From Phyllobates terribilis (lineage: Eukaryota), in contig NW_027362768.1 in NCBI RefSeq assembly GCF_046119375.1, forward strand, positions 158,596,001 to 158,660,000: DNA of 64,000 bases, written 5' to 3'. This document shows, piece after piece, positions 1-13,964 of this stretch (positions within the stretch are counted from its first letter, which is position 1; every line of letters begins with the position of its first letter). The notes below the pieces were generated by a model, which did no database searches, was not told the DNA's origin, and worked only from the letters and a program-made list of their open reading frames with translations. The position numbers and the translations under genes are program-made.

Positions 1-287
1 ACTAGGCCTAATGTTCCTTTTAGGCCCCCTTCACACGTCCGGATAAAATCGGTACCGGAAAAAACAGTACCGGTGTCATCAGTGTTTTGGATCCTTGTGT
101 CATCAGTGTGTCCGTTTTTGCCATCCGTGTTTTTCCAGTATGGATAAAAGAATGAAATTCAAAGCTGCTCCTATACTTTGCAATGTTAAACACGTACAGC
201 ACAGGCACGGCACGCGAATGGTACACTGACGCCATCCATGTGCTGTACGTGGTTTTCATAGACTTGCATTGGCCCTTGTCATCTGTA

Positions 288-1856
288 CAGTCATGGCCAA
301 AAGTTTTGAGAATGACACCAAAATTATATTTTCACATGATCTGCTGGCCTCTGGTTTTTATTAGTATTTGTCTGATGTTTATATCACATACAGAAATATA
401 ATTGCAATCATATTATGAGTACCAATAGGTTATATTGACAGTTAGAATGAGTTAATGCAGCAAGTCAATATTTGCAGTGTTGCCCCTTCTTCTTCAAGAC
501 CTCTGTAATTCTCCCTGGCATGCTCTCAATCAACTTTTGGACCAAATCCTGACTGGTAGCAGTCCATTCTTGCATAATCAATGCTTGCATTTTGCCAGAA
601 TTTGTTGGTTTTTGTTTGTCCACCCGTCTCTTGATGATTGACCACAAGTTCTCAATGGGATTAAGATCTGGGGAGTTTCCAGGCCATGGACCCAAAATCT
701 CTATGTTTTGTTCCATGAGCCATTTAGTTATCACCTTTGCTTTATGGCAAGGTGCTCCATCATGCTGGAAAAGGCATTTTTGGGCGCCAAACTGCTCTTG
801 GACGGTTGGGAGAAGTTGCTCTTGGAGGACATTCTGGTACCATTCTTTATTCATGGCTGTGTTTTTAGGCAAGACTGTGAGTGAGCCGATTCCCTTGGCT
901 GAGAAGCAACCCCACACATGAATGGTTTCAGGATGCTTTACAGTTGGCATGAGACAAGACTGGTGGTAGCGTCACCTCTTCTTCTCCGAATAAGCTGTTT
1001 TCCAGATGTCCCAAACAATCGAAAAGGGGATTCATCAGAGAAAATGACTTTGCCCCAGTCCTCAGCAGTCCACTCCCTGTACCTTTTGCAGAATATCAGT
1101 CGGTCCCTGATGTTTTTTCTGGAGAGAAGTGGCTTCTTTGCTGCCGTCCTTGAAACCAGCCCTTGCTCAAAGAGTCTCCGCCTCACAGTGCGTGCAGAAG
1201 CACTCACACCAGCCTGCTGCCATTCCTGAGCAAGCTCGGCACTGCTGGTAGTCCGATCCCGCAGCTGAAACAGTTTTAAGATACAGTCCTGGCGCTTGCT
1301 GGTCTTTCTTGGGCGCCCTGGAGCCTTTTTGACAACAATGGAAGCTCTCTCCTTGAAGTTCTTGATGATGCGATAGATTGTTGACTGAGGTGCAATCTTT
1401 GTAGCTGCGATACTCTTCCCTGTTAGGCCATTTTTGTGCAGTGCAATGATGGCTGCACGTGTTTCTTTAGAGATAACCATGGTTAACTGAAGAGAAACAA
1501 TGATACCAAGATCCAGCCTCCTTTTAAAGTGTCCAGTGATGTCATTCTTACTTAATCATGACTGATTGATCGCCAGCCCTGTCCTCATCAACACCCACAC
1601 CTGTGTTAATGGATCAATCACTAAAACGATGTTAGCTGCTCCTTTTAAGGCAGGACTGCAATGATGTTGAAATGTGTTTTGGGGGTTAAAGTTCATTTTC
1701 TGGGCAAATATTGACTTTGCAAGTACTGTAATTGCTGTTAAGCTGATCACTCTTTGACATTCAGGAGTATATGCAAATTGCCATTACAAAAAATGAAGCA
1801 GTAAACTTTGGAAAAATTACTATTTGTCTCATTCTCAATACTTTTGGCCATGACTG
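288..1856 (-). mobile_element. Full-length Tc1/mariner element with DD35E spacing (Traveler-like)
   Basis: TIRs CAGTCATGGCCAAAAGT(T/A)TTGAGAATGA at both ends, TA duplication at 286-287 and 1857-1858. Transposase motifs [24 protein letters not shown]; 35 residues counted between the 2nd D and the E. Confidence 0.93.
465..1480 (-). pseudogene. Tc1 transposase split by a single 1-bp deletion (about 338 aa when repaired)
   Basis: ORF 938-1480 (HTH domains, GRPR-like motif, FSDES) and ORF 465-950 (PTVKH, DD35E C-terminus) join if one base is restored near 972 (RRG-E-RYHQSCLMPTVKH). Confidence 0.9.
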
Positions 1857-2302
1857 TACTGCTGGAAAAAAATAGACATGTCTCCTTATGGTTAACATGG
1901 GCATGTGCACAGCACCATAAGTTATAATGGGTACTTGTGGTATCTGTGAAAAAACGGATGCCACACGTACTAGAAACACGGACGTGTGATGGAGGCCTTA
2001 GGATCAGGGCCTTTACTTCTGTCCTCTACCTATTCAATTCTGCTTTTTGTATAATTACTCTATTTTTTTTTTATTAATATAAATAATGGACATATCGGTC
2101 TTTTTTTCTTATCCATAATTTAATAATGTAATGTACTACATATTTTACTATATACAATTATACAATAGCATATTCCACTATAAACACATATAATACAATA
2201 TACTATAGATGCTGGAGTAAACAGTATATCATTTTTGAATATACTATGGACTTTACAATAATATAATATACTAACTTATAAAATACAATGAATTATAATA
2301 TA

Positions 2303-3605
2303 CACTTCTCAACACTGAACTTGCAACACCAAGACGTAGAAGTCATCTAATTGTGGAAATCACAGGATGGATACATGTTACTGATATGCAGATGATGAAA
2401 AAATGATAACAACATTTGCAGAATATTTACATTTTTGAAATCTGGAGTATGAACTTCAAGTGCAGAAATCCTGGCACTTACAGCCTTAGCTGCTATCACT
2501 GAGGTTATTAATGATTGTCTGAGGAACATTTTGCTGCTGAATGCACTTGGGCAAATCATCAAGATCCACTGCTGGCAGCTCCCTGTGCAATTACCGATGA
2601 ATGATGTCCCAGATGTGTTTGATGGGAGACAAGTCTGGAGCCATGCGAGCACGTTTAGGTCACGAAGTCTGCTCACAGCATAATGAGCAAAATGCGGACT
2701 GGCATTGTCCTGTTAAAAATGGCTCCTGGGAAACTTTGGAGAATGGCTGCACCACCTGGTTCCATGACCTAATCAATGTAACGCCGAGCTATTACAGTAT
2801 CAGGAATGAAGACTAGAGGGGTCCAGCTAACATATATTATGCCCCCACACACCATTAATCCAGGGAGACCTTTTCATGGTGTTGTCCACATAGTCCCCTG
2901 GCTAATCTCCAGCTACCATTGCGTACGAGTCAAAACTGAGACTCATCGCTGAAGAAGATACACCTACATTCTAGCCTCCATTGCCATCTTGCTCTGCACT
3001 ATGATAGCCTTTGATAATGGGGGCATCAGGTCAATGGTGCAACTGTAGCCGGACCGCCATGTCATGCAAACACCTTCTGATGGTTGCGTAGACACTGATG
3101 TCTTAGGCTCGGTATGTGATGTCCTGATTCACTTACAGTACAGAATGGATCACTATGCACAATTCTCCTAATCGGACAATGCGTCCATATGAGCTCCTCC
3201 TCTATGCACCTCTCATTACAGTTTGCCGTTGTTCTCCCAACCAGAGGGACACGCATCGCATCGTTGAACACTGTTGACATCTTGGTCTATGCGGGTGATG
3301 TGCCAGACTGATACACAAAGGTCTCTCAGTTCAAGGATTCTGTCCCTTTCAATTTGCGATAAGTGGCAATAAAAAACTGGCACATTGGACAGGAGGCATC
3401 ACACAATCATCCCACAAAACTTCATCCGATTTTAAGGTTTCATATGGCTAAAAAATGTTTACTTTTCATCTGGCTTTTCTGCCCCAGCCACATGTCACAG
3501 ATTGGACCGAGGTGCTTGAAAATGTGAACACTTGCAGATCTCAGCGACATCTGTTACTTCCTCGATTTTAATTGCTTGGTGTTGTAATTTCAATGATGAG
3601 AAGTG
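2303..3605 (-). mobile_element. Decayed Tc1-like element
   Basis: Imperfect TIRs CACTTCTCA(A/T)CA(C/T)TGAA..T.CAACACCAAG with flanking TA (2301-2302, 3606-3607). Minus-strand remnants FSDESQF (~2940-2960), QDNASPH (~2690-2712) and PDLSPIKHIWDII (~2600-2640), broken by frameshifts and stops. Confidence 0.85.
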
Positions 3606-3705
3606 TAATATACTACGTGATTATGCACAATATACAATATTCTAATACACTAAAGTATAATACTGTACAATACTATGCTACATATTAAATGATATCTATA
3701 TATAC

Positions 3706-3808
3706 CCCATCATGGGCCCCTTACAGGTATATATGTCCCCCATCCTGGTATATATGTCCCCCATCCTAGGCCTCTTCCAGGTATATATGTCCCCCATTCT
3801 GGTATATA
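3706..3808. repeat. Short GGTATATATGTCCCCCATCCT minisatellite, resuming at about 5376-5420 after the Tc1 insertion
   Basis: The same unit flanks both sides of the 3809-5375 element. Confidence 0.75.
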
Positions 3809-5375
<1,567 letters not shown>

Positions 5376-5639
5376 GTATGTCCCCCATCCTGGGCCCTTT
5401 CCAGGTATATATGTCCCCCCATCAAGAGTTCATACAGACTATCGTCGAAAAACTGTAACGGATATTACACATTATTTATGTCTTTTTCATCTCAAAGGGG
5501 AAAAACTGCTGTAAAAAATACTACAATACATTCATTACAGAAATTATAGAAATCTCAATCATTTTGGCGTCAATGTAAAAATAAAAAACTACACGTAAAA
5601 TAAGCTCAACAAAAACATTACACGTGAATAAGGACTTAA

Positions 5640-5817
5640 AGGAATTTTCCACCACTTTGATATTGATGACCTATCCTTCCGCTCCGTACATTCTGCTTAC
5701 ATCCTGCCATCAGCTAAACAGTGTGTGGGGGGACGCCGGACCCCCCACCATTCTACTACTGATGACCTATAGTATACCAGGGATAGGTCATCAATATCAA
5801 AGTGGTAGAAGGTCCCT
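5640..5817. mobile_element. T2-type (Kolobok-related) MITE
   Basis: TTAA-AGGA...CCCT-TTAA ends; inverted arms CCACTTTGATATTGATGACCTATCC / GGATAGGTCATCAATATCAAAGTGG. Confidence 0.8.
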
Positions 5818-7145
5818 TTAAATTATTTTTTGTTGATTAAAGATAAGCAGATATCTTGAAAATAGCGAGGAAATGAAGCACAAAGTTTATTAGAAAGTTG
5901 CAAAAACTTTTCAATTTGCAAAAGATTAAGTTTTATTTACAGAAAGATTAAAATGACAAAAGAATTGTGATACTTGTGACGTTGGGCGTGACAGTGTGGA
6001 GCCCCAGCCTTAAAGAGATAGTCACACATGTAAATGAGGGAACCAGACACTTCTGATGGACTAGAACTTGGACTTGCCCTATTATATTCAGGTTTGTGGG
6101 GGTTAATCATTGGTACAGATGCCCCCATTAATTTGTCATTAGCCCCGGCATGTATTACTGACATTACTACACCTCACACAGCCAGCGTGATCACTCACAA
6201 GAATGCTGGTAGAGTTACAAGATGTTCTCCTCCCCCCTTCCTGTTGGTGAAATGGTACAGTCCACCTTCAAGGCATTACTGGGAGAACTCAAGGGTGACA
6301 TGAGAGCGAATGAATGGAGAGGATCCATGTGCCCCAGCAGTAAGGTGAGCACAGAATGGGGGGCACGACTGCTCTACAAGGGGTGTACTTGTCACTTTTT
6401 CCACCACAATAGGTTAAAAGGATTTTATTTCTTACTGTAACGCATGTGTTTTTGGCTAAAAATCATTTTTGTAATTAGGTTTAATTTAAACAGTTTGCAC
6501 CATTTGTCTTCTATTGCCGATTGCAGAATGGGTTAACTGAGAATCTTTCAGTGAGCTCCTCTTGATGGGAGCTTTGTAACTCTTTTATCTCTCTTTTTCC
6601 GAGCTGCTTTCTGATTTATGACCACAGATTACATCAACGTTAAATCTGCAAAGAAACAAAGAGGCTGTAAAAGCTAAATGATTCAAAATGTTTCAATTGA
6701 ATCTGTCATCAGGATTTCACACCCCCAAACTATTTACATGTGTGCAGGGAGGCTACCAGGAATTTCAGGGCCCCATATTGGCAAAATTTTCAGGCCCCCT
6801 TGAGACTCCGTCCAGGCTCCACCCCAGCTCCACCCCCACCCCTCGAACCTTCCACAGTCCCACCGCCCACGCTTGGAAAAACTCCACTTCTGCACCACGT
6901 CCTCACCAATCACGCATTAACAGTTCCCATTGAACCATATCACATACATAACCAGCAGCTTTTGTTTTGCCCAAAAGATTTTTAAGCTGCCACCTCGACA
7001 AGGAGACTCTTCTGGCCGGGCCCTACTCTACTCTAACCTATTAAACATTTCTTATAATATCCAATACTCTTTTTAGGTATATTTTTCTTTATTTTTCTTT
7101 AAGGGAATGTGTCACATACATTTTTTAATTTGACCAATAATATCA

Positions 7146-7440
7146 CATACAAGGGACAAATACTGTCACATCATGGCCAGACCACATATTACCACCACAT
7201 AGTGACCGAATATTACCACATACAAGGGACAAATATCGTCACACCATCACTGGACCGAATATTACCACCACATAGTGACCGAATAATACTACATACAAGG
7301 AACAAATACCACCACACCAGGACTAGATCACATATTACCACCACATAGTGACCGAATACTACTACATACAAGGAACAAATACTGCCACTCCATGACTGGA
7401 GAACATATTACAACCACATAGTGACCGAATATTACAATAC
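7146..7440. repeat. 73-bp tandem repeat, about 4 copies
   Basis: CATACAAGG anchor recurs at 7146, 7219, 7292 and 7365. Confidence 0.85.
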
Positions 7441-7519
7441 TGATCATTAATAAAAAAATACAATACTAATATTACCATAAGTGCCATTATGCACAGCAGC
7501 TCTATAGATAGTATACAGT

Positions 7520-8895
7520 GTATAGTGTCAGTGTACAGGTAATACAGTGATCACCAGTGACATTATAAACAGGAGCTCTGTGTATAGTGTCAGTGTACAG
7601 GTAATACAGGGATCACTAGTGACATTATACACAGGCGTTCTGTATATAGTGTCAATGTACAGGTAATACAGGGATCACCGTACCATTATACACAGGAGCA
7701 CTGTAAATAGTATATAGTGTACAGGTAATACAGTGATCACCAGTGACATTATACACAGGAGCGCTGTATATAGTGTCAGTGTACAGGTAATACAGTGATC
7801 ACTAGTGACATTATACACAGGCGTTCTGTATATAGTGTCAGTGTACAGGTAACACAGTGATCACCAGTGACATTATACACAGGAGCTCTGTATATAGTGT
7901 AGCATACAGGCAATACAGCAATCACCAGTGACATTATACACAGGAGCTCTGTATATAGTGTCATTGTACAGGCAATACAGGGATCACCGTGGCATTATAC
8001 ACAGGAGCACTGTATATAGTATATAGTGTACAGGTAATACAGTGATCACCAGTGACATTATACACAGGAGCTCTGTATATAGTGTACAGGTAATACAGGG
8101 ATCACCAGTGACATTATGCACTGGAACTCTGTATATAGTGTAGCATACAGGCAATACAGCGATCACCAGTGACATTATACACAGGAGCTCTGTATATAGT
8201 GTATAGGTAATACAGTGATCACCAGTGACATACACAGGAGCTCTGTATATAGTGTATAGGTAATACAGCGATCACCAGTGACATTATACACAGGAGCTCT
8301 GTATATAGTGTATAGCGTACAGGTAATACAGTGATCATCGATGACATTATACACAGGAGCTCTGTATATAGTGTCAATGCACAGGTAATACAGGGATCAC
8401 CGTGACATTAAACACAGGAGCACTGTATATAGTATATAGTGTACAGGTAATACAGTGATCACCAGTGACATTATACACAGGAGCTCTGTATATAGTGTCA
8501 GTGTACAGGTAATACAGGGATCTCCGTGACATTATACACAGGAGCGCTGTATATAGTATATAGTACAGGTAATACAGTGATCACCAGTGACATTATACAC
8601 AGGAGCGCTGTACATAGTATATAGTGTACAGGTAATACAGTGATCACTAGTGATATTATACACAGGCGTTCTGTATATAGTGTCAGTGAACAGGTAATAC
8701 TGTGATCACCAGTGACATTATACACAGGAGCTTTGTATATAGTGTATAGTGTACAGGTTATACAGGGATCACCAGTGACATTATACACAGGAGCTCTGTA
8801 TATAGTGTACAGTTAATACAGGGATCACCAGTGACATTATACACAGGAACTCTGTACATAGTATACAGTGTATAGTGTCAGTGTACAGATAACAC
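7520..8895. repeat. About 62-bp satellite (GTGTACAGGTAATACAGTGATCACCAGTGACATTATACACAGGAGCTCTGTATATAGTGTCA), about 22 copies
   Basis: Direct tandem copies; the period is 62 between 7531 and 7593, with small indel variants. Confidence 0.93.
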
Positions 8896-9229
8896 AGACA
8901 CACCAGTGACGTCTCTATTTGGAGTCCTTCATCTTCGCTTTTCTCCTTCATCCTGCGCAGACCTCCATCACTTCTTCCAGCCAAGACTCGTCTCTGCATA
9001 AAATAACACAGTTATCTAGAGCACATTCCCCAACTTATACACTACACAGCTGAATACAGACGTGCACCCACCATTAATATATAATTATTTATTATGCAAC
9101 CCACCATTCCAAATATAAGTTGTAATCCACCAGTGTGCCCCTACTAACTGTAAATATCCACTTTCCCCACCCAATAAATATACAAATTAATTAGAACCTG
9201 TACTCTTTCCCCCAATTTATTACCAGTCA

Positions 9230-9630
9230 CACTCCGTCATCCTCAACACCCCCTCTTCATTAGATTTACATGCCCCCTCCACCTCAATTCATTTTGTCAT
9301 GTCCTCTCTCTTTCCGACACCCACTTCATTATCATTTACTCTCCCCCCACCCCCAATTCATCATCATTTGTTGTCCCCCACCCTCAATTCATTATCATGT
9401 GCTCTCCCCACCCCCACCCTCAATTCATCATTATTTGCTCTCCCCCATCCTCAATTCATTATTTGCTCTCCCCACCCCCAATCGTTATTTGCTCCCCCCC
9501 CCGCTCCACTCCTAATTCATCATTAGCTCTCCTCACTCCCAGTTCATCATATGCTCTCCCAGTTCATGTACTCTCCCCACCCTCCACTCAGAGTTCATCA
9601 TATGCTCTCCCCACCCACCTACTCCGAGTT
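9230..9630. repeat. Degenerate ~30-bp C-rich tandem repeat (CCCCACCCCCAATTCATCATCATTTGCTCT)
   Basis: Repeated CCCCCACC(C/T)..AATTCAT(C/T)AT motif. Confidence 0.75.
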
Positions 9631-9787
9631 CATTATAATTAATTAATTATATTTAAAAAAAAAAAAAAAGGTTTTCATACTTACCTCTCATAGGATCCTC
9701 TGCAGGAGCAGCTCCACTTCTAGACTGACATCCTGGTGCTCGATGCCGGCGAGTACGCGATGATGTCTAATGATACATTCCCTTTAA

Positions 9788-12305
9788 ACGGAGTGTGTCA
9801 GTCCAAACTGACAATATAAAATAAGCACACAGCCTTGTAGAGGTTATAGGCCCTATAAAAAAAAGAAATCACACCATTAGTGATCTATTCACTGCCTCCT
9901 TTCTGCAGAAACTGAAGTTTAATCATGAATAATCATTAATGTCATCATTTGATATGCTAATTAGGGTGTTCAGTGCCCTCTTCACTTGGCCAGGAGGATC
10001 AGGACATCAATCTGCTCACTGATGGGTGCATCCTGGGTGTGGCTGAGAGGCTCAGGGTATCAATCTGCTCACTGATCACTGCATCCTGCCTATGGCCAAG
10101 AGGCTCAGGCCATCAATCCTCTCATTGATCGGTGCATCCTGGGTGTGGCCAAGAGCCTCAGTGCATCAATTCGCTCACTGATCAGAGCATCCTGGGTGTG
10201 GCCGAGAGGCTCAGTGCACTGTTCCGCCCACTGGTTTTGCATGTCCCCGCCTCCCTCACTAGTGATTGACAGCACTGATTTGCCCAGAGTGAGGGCTGTT
10301 TGCAGAGAAAGCTTAGGCAAGCCAGTGCTGTCAATCACCAGTGAGGGAGGCAGGGATATGCAAAACCAGTGGGCGGAACAGTGCACCGAGCCTCTTAGCC
10401 ACACCCAGGATGCACCGTTCAGTGATCGGATTAATATCCTGAGCTTCTTGGCCACACCCAGGATGCACCGTTCAGTGATCGGATTAATATCCTGAGCTTC
10501 TTGGACACACCCAGGATGCACCGTTCAGTGAGCGGATTATTACCCTGAGCCTCTCGGCCACACCCAGGATACACCGATCAGTGAGCGGATTATTACCCTG
10601 AGCCTCTCGGCCACACCCAGGATACACCGATCAGTGAGCGGATTATTACCCTGAGCCTCTCAGCCATGCACAGGATGCACCGATCAGTGAGCGGATTATT
10701 ACCCCGAGCCTCTCGGCCACACCCAGGATGCACTGATCAGTGAGCGGATTATTATCCTGAGCCTCTTGGCCACGCCCAGGATGCACCGATCAGTGAGCGG
10801 ATTATTATCCTGAGCCTCTCGGCCACACCCAGGATGCACTGATCAGTGAGCGGATTATTATCCTGAGCCTCTCGGCCACACCCAGGATGCACCGATCAGT
10901 GAGCGGATTATTACCCTGAGCCTCTCGGCCACACCCAGGATGCACTGATCAGTGAGCGGATTATTACCCCGAGCCTCTCGGCCACACCCAGGATGCACTG
11001 ATCAGTGAGCGGATTATTATCCTGAGCCTCTTGGCCACGCCCAGGATGCACCGATCAGTGAGCGGATTATTATCCTGAGCCTCTCGGCCACACCCAGGAT
11101 GCACTGATCAGTGAGCGGATTATTATCCTGAGCCTCTCGGCCACACCCAGGATGCACCGATCAGTGAGCGGATTATTACCCTGAGCCTCTCGGCCACACC
11201 CAGGATGCACTGATCAGTGAGCGGATTATTACCCTGAGCCTCTCAGCCATGCACAGGATGCACCGATCAGTGAGCGGATTATTACCCCGAGCCTCTCGGC
11301 CACACCCAGGATGCACTGATCAGTGAGCGGATTATTATCCTGAGCCTCTTGGCCACGCCCAGGATGCACCGATCAGTGAGCGGATTATTATCCTGAGCCT
11401 CTCGGCCACACCCAGGATGCACTGATCAGTGAGCGGATTATTATCCTGAGCCTCTCGGCCACACCCAGGATGCACCGATCAGTGAGCGGATTATTACCCT
11501 CAGCCTCTCGGCCACACCCAGGATGCACTGATCAGTGAGCGGATTATTACCCCGAGCCTCTCGGCCACACCCAGGATGCACTGATCAGTGAGCGGATTAT
11601 TATCCTGAGCCTCTTGGCCACGCCCAGGATGCACCGATCAGTGAGCGGATTATTATCCTGAGCCTCTCGGCCACACCCAGGATGCACTGATCAGTGAGCG
11701 GATTATTATCCTGAGCCTCTCGGCCACACCCAGGATGCACCGATCAGTGAGCGGATTATTACCCTGAGCCTCTCGGCCACACCCAGGATGCACTGATCAG
11801 TGAGCGGATTATTATCCTGAGCCTCTTGGCCACACCCAGGATGCACCGATCAGTGAGCGGATTATTACCCTGAGCCTCTCGGCCACACCCAGGATGCACT
11901 GATCAGTGAGCGGATTATTATCCTGAGCCTCTTGGCCACGCCCAGGATGCACCGATCAGTGAGCGGATTATTACCCTGAGCCTCTTGGCCACGCCCAGGA
12001 TGCACCGATCAGTGAGCGGATTATTATCCTGAGCCTCTTGGCCACGCCCAGGATGCACCGATCAGTGAGCGGATTATTATCCTGAGCCTCTCGGCCACAC
12101 CCAGGATACACCGATCAGTGAGCGGATTATTACCCTGAGCGTCTCGGCCACACCCAGGATGCACCAGTCATTCTAATTAGCATATTTGATTAGACTTCAT
12201 TTTGTGCAGCTTGGAGGCAGCGATTAGAACACAGACGTGCGATTTCTGTAGCGGATTTGTCCCCTCCCAGGCCATGTGCTTAGTTTATAGACCAACAGTC
12301 GCCCT
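9788..12305. mobile_element. TTAA-flanked foldback MITE (T2-like) with an expanded internal array
   Basis: TTAA at 9784-9787 and 12306-12309. Matching inverted blocks TATAAAATAAGCAC / GTGCTTAGTTTATA, CTGCCTCC..CTGCAGAAACTGAAGTT / GACTTCATTTTGTGCAG..GGAGGCAG and TATGCTAATTAG / CTAATTAGCATA. Central hairpin at about 10210-10392. Confidence 0.8.
10385..12165. repeat. 53-bp tandem array, about 33 copies (TGAGCGGATTATTATCCTGAGCCTCTCGGCCACACCCAGGATGCACCGATCAG)
   Basis: Period 53 (10741 to 10794). About 4 inverted, more diverged copies lie at ~10005-10215. Confidence 0.95.
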
Positions 12306-12420
12306 TTAAGATCTTTCTTGCAATGCCTGCCATCTATTAGGACGTGTGTATAATTCTCATCCAGACGTGAAGTTTCATCTCATTCCGTTGTGTTTCAGCC
12401 GATAGCCTCCTCCCTGCACC

Positions 12421-13593
12421 ATGAGCTCCCCGCTGACCCGTCTCAGTCACATCACTCTCCAAGTCTCCAACCCCCAGCGGATCATCACCGACCTGGTGAC
12501 CAAGTACAGATTTAGACCCTTCGCCGCTCGCGGTCTGGACGGAGTCGCTCCTTGTCAAGTAGCTTTAAGAAATGGAAAAGTCGTATTCATCGTCAACGAG
12601 ACGTCCGAGAGCTCTGCCCTTCTCTACGATTCTCCGGTGCCCTCGCCATCTCCAGACACGGCCTGCAATGTCAGCTACGAGGTGGAAGATGTGCCAGGGT
12701 TGTGCCAACGACTGGTCAGCAAAGGCTGCAGCTTGTTGGTGCCCCCCACCCAGCTTCACAGCGACGCCGGCCCCGTGTCCTACTGTGTGGTCAAGTCCAT
12801 CCTCGGGGACATCAGACACACTCTTATTGACCGCACCCGGTGTTCGGCCACTTTCCTTCCAGGCTTTCAACCTCTCGAGAAAGAATATGCCGCCGATGGT
12901 TCTCCGGCAAATGTCTCACGAATAGATCATGTGACTTATGCCTGTCCACGGGGGGCCACGCCACAAGTGATCGAGTGGTACAGAGAGTGTCTTGGATTCC
13001 AACACTTTCCTCTCAGAGAAGGAGAAATCCCGAGCCAGGGGTTTGAGATCAGTGGTCCCCAAATCGGGCTCCGTCTGACCTCTATCGAATGCTCGGGGCG
13101 GGCGAAAGTGGGTAAGATTGTGATGGCGGAATCTTTACCCCAACAAGGGATCAATCAAATCGACCAGTTTCTCCGACACCATAACGAAGGTGGGATCCAG
13201 CATGTCGGCCTCCTGACACCGGACATCTTCCAAGCTGCGGCAGCACTGACTGATAGTGGGGTCCTCTTTGCCGGGCAGCCGCCGGCTTATTATAATGACC
13301 CCCAGAAGAAAGCAGAGATCTTCCGAGCAGGGTTCACCCCCCAACGACTCTCACAGTTTGGGATTTTGCTGGATTCTTCCACTGAATTCCAAGATAAAGA
13401 TCATATCCAGAAAATCCTTTTACAGGTTTTTGCTGAACCCTTGTTTGCCAAGGACTCGTTCTACCTGGAGCTGATAGAGCGCAGGGGGGCGCGGGGGTTC
13501 GGGGAGGGAAATATTCGTGCATTGTGGCGCTCTATGCAAGATATGATGCATGACTTGGGCCAAAAAGCGCAGGAAGGGGCAATGACCCAGTGA
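12421..13593 (+). CDS. HPDL: 4-hydroxyphenylpyruvate dioxygenase-like protein (single coding exon, 390 aa)
   Basis: Uninterrupted ORF with HPPD/VOC-family motifs: RLSHITLQV, iron ligands in DHVT, GGIQHVG and LELIER, and C-terminal GFGEGNIRALW. The intronless CDS and adjacency to MUTYH fit HPDL rather than HPD. Confidence 0.96.
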   Translation: MSSPLTRLSHITLQVSNPQRIITDLVTKYRFRPFAARGLDGVAPCQVALRNGKVVFIVNETSESSALLYDSPVPSPSPDTACNVSYEVEDVPGLCQRLVSKGCSLLVPPTQLHSDAGPVSYCVVKSILGDIRHTLIDRTRCSATFLPGFQPLEKEYAADGSPANVSRIDHVTYACPRGATPQVIEWYRECLGFQHFPLREGEIPSQGFEISGPQIGLRLTSIECSGRAKVGKIVMAESLPQQGINQIDQFLRHHNEGGIQHVGLLTPDIFQAAAALTDSGVLFAGQPPAYYNDPQKKAEIFRAGFTPQRLSQFGILLDSSTEFQDKDHIQKILLQVFAEPLFAKDSFYLELIERRGARGFGEGNIRALWRSMQDMMHDLGQKAQEGAMTQ

Positions 13594-13801
13594 TACCTGG
13601 CACGTGCCCCATATTATATCGCAGGATGTAGGACGGCACTGAGGCCAGAGGGAGACGAAACAAGAGATTGATGGACCGGCGCTGGACTCACTAATCAGAG
13701 CCATGTCTTAATGGAGCAGAGAGAAAAAGCAGCCAACACTGAAGAACTACAAGTCACAGATTAACTTATTTGTGTAATGTTCCAGCTCTGTGATTATCAC
13801 C

Positions 13802-13822
13802 AATAAAATGGTGTCTAATAAA
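13802..13822 (+). terminator. Candidate HPDL polyadenylation signals
   Basis: AATAAA at 13802-13807 and 13817-13822, about 210 bp after the stop, followed by TG/T-rich sequence. Confidence 0.6.
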
Positions 13823-13964
13823 TATTATTCTATAAATGTTGTAGGTTTATCTTTTCTTGAAGGGAATGAGGCTTCACAAAATGTCCATATGCACAAAGCA
13901 GGATTTATGTTAAAGGTCTTAAAAAGAATGTACATCGACACCTATATTCAGTATATTCACAATA

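Larger units (their letters stand above)
23..1997. mobile_element. PIF/Harbinger-type (Tourist-like) MITE, interrupted by a Tc1 insertion
   Basis: Imperfect TIRs GGCCCCCTTCACACGTCCG (23-41) and CGGACGTGTGATGGAGGCC (1979-1997). TTA target duplication at 20-22 and 1998-2000. About 400 bp once the nested Tc1 is removed. Confidence 0.75.

Noticed and set aside
6034-6440. Two short + strand ORFs
   Set aside because: No recognisable motifs or splice structure; consistent with chance ORFs.
10540-12135. GTGAGCGGAT in every 53-bp unit resembles part of the lac operator
   Set aside because: Only a 10-bp match, lacking the AATT...AACAATT symmetry, and embedded in a host MITE; no vector context.
12421-13593. 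Alternative call as HPD (4-hydroxyphenylpyruvate dioxygenase) or a retrocopy
   Set aside because: HPD is multi-exon; the motifs and the position beside MUTYH match the naturally intronless HPDL CDS, and the ORF and iron ligands are intact.
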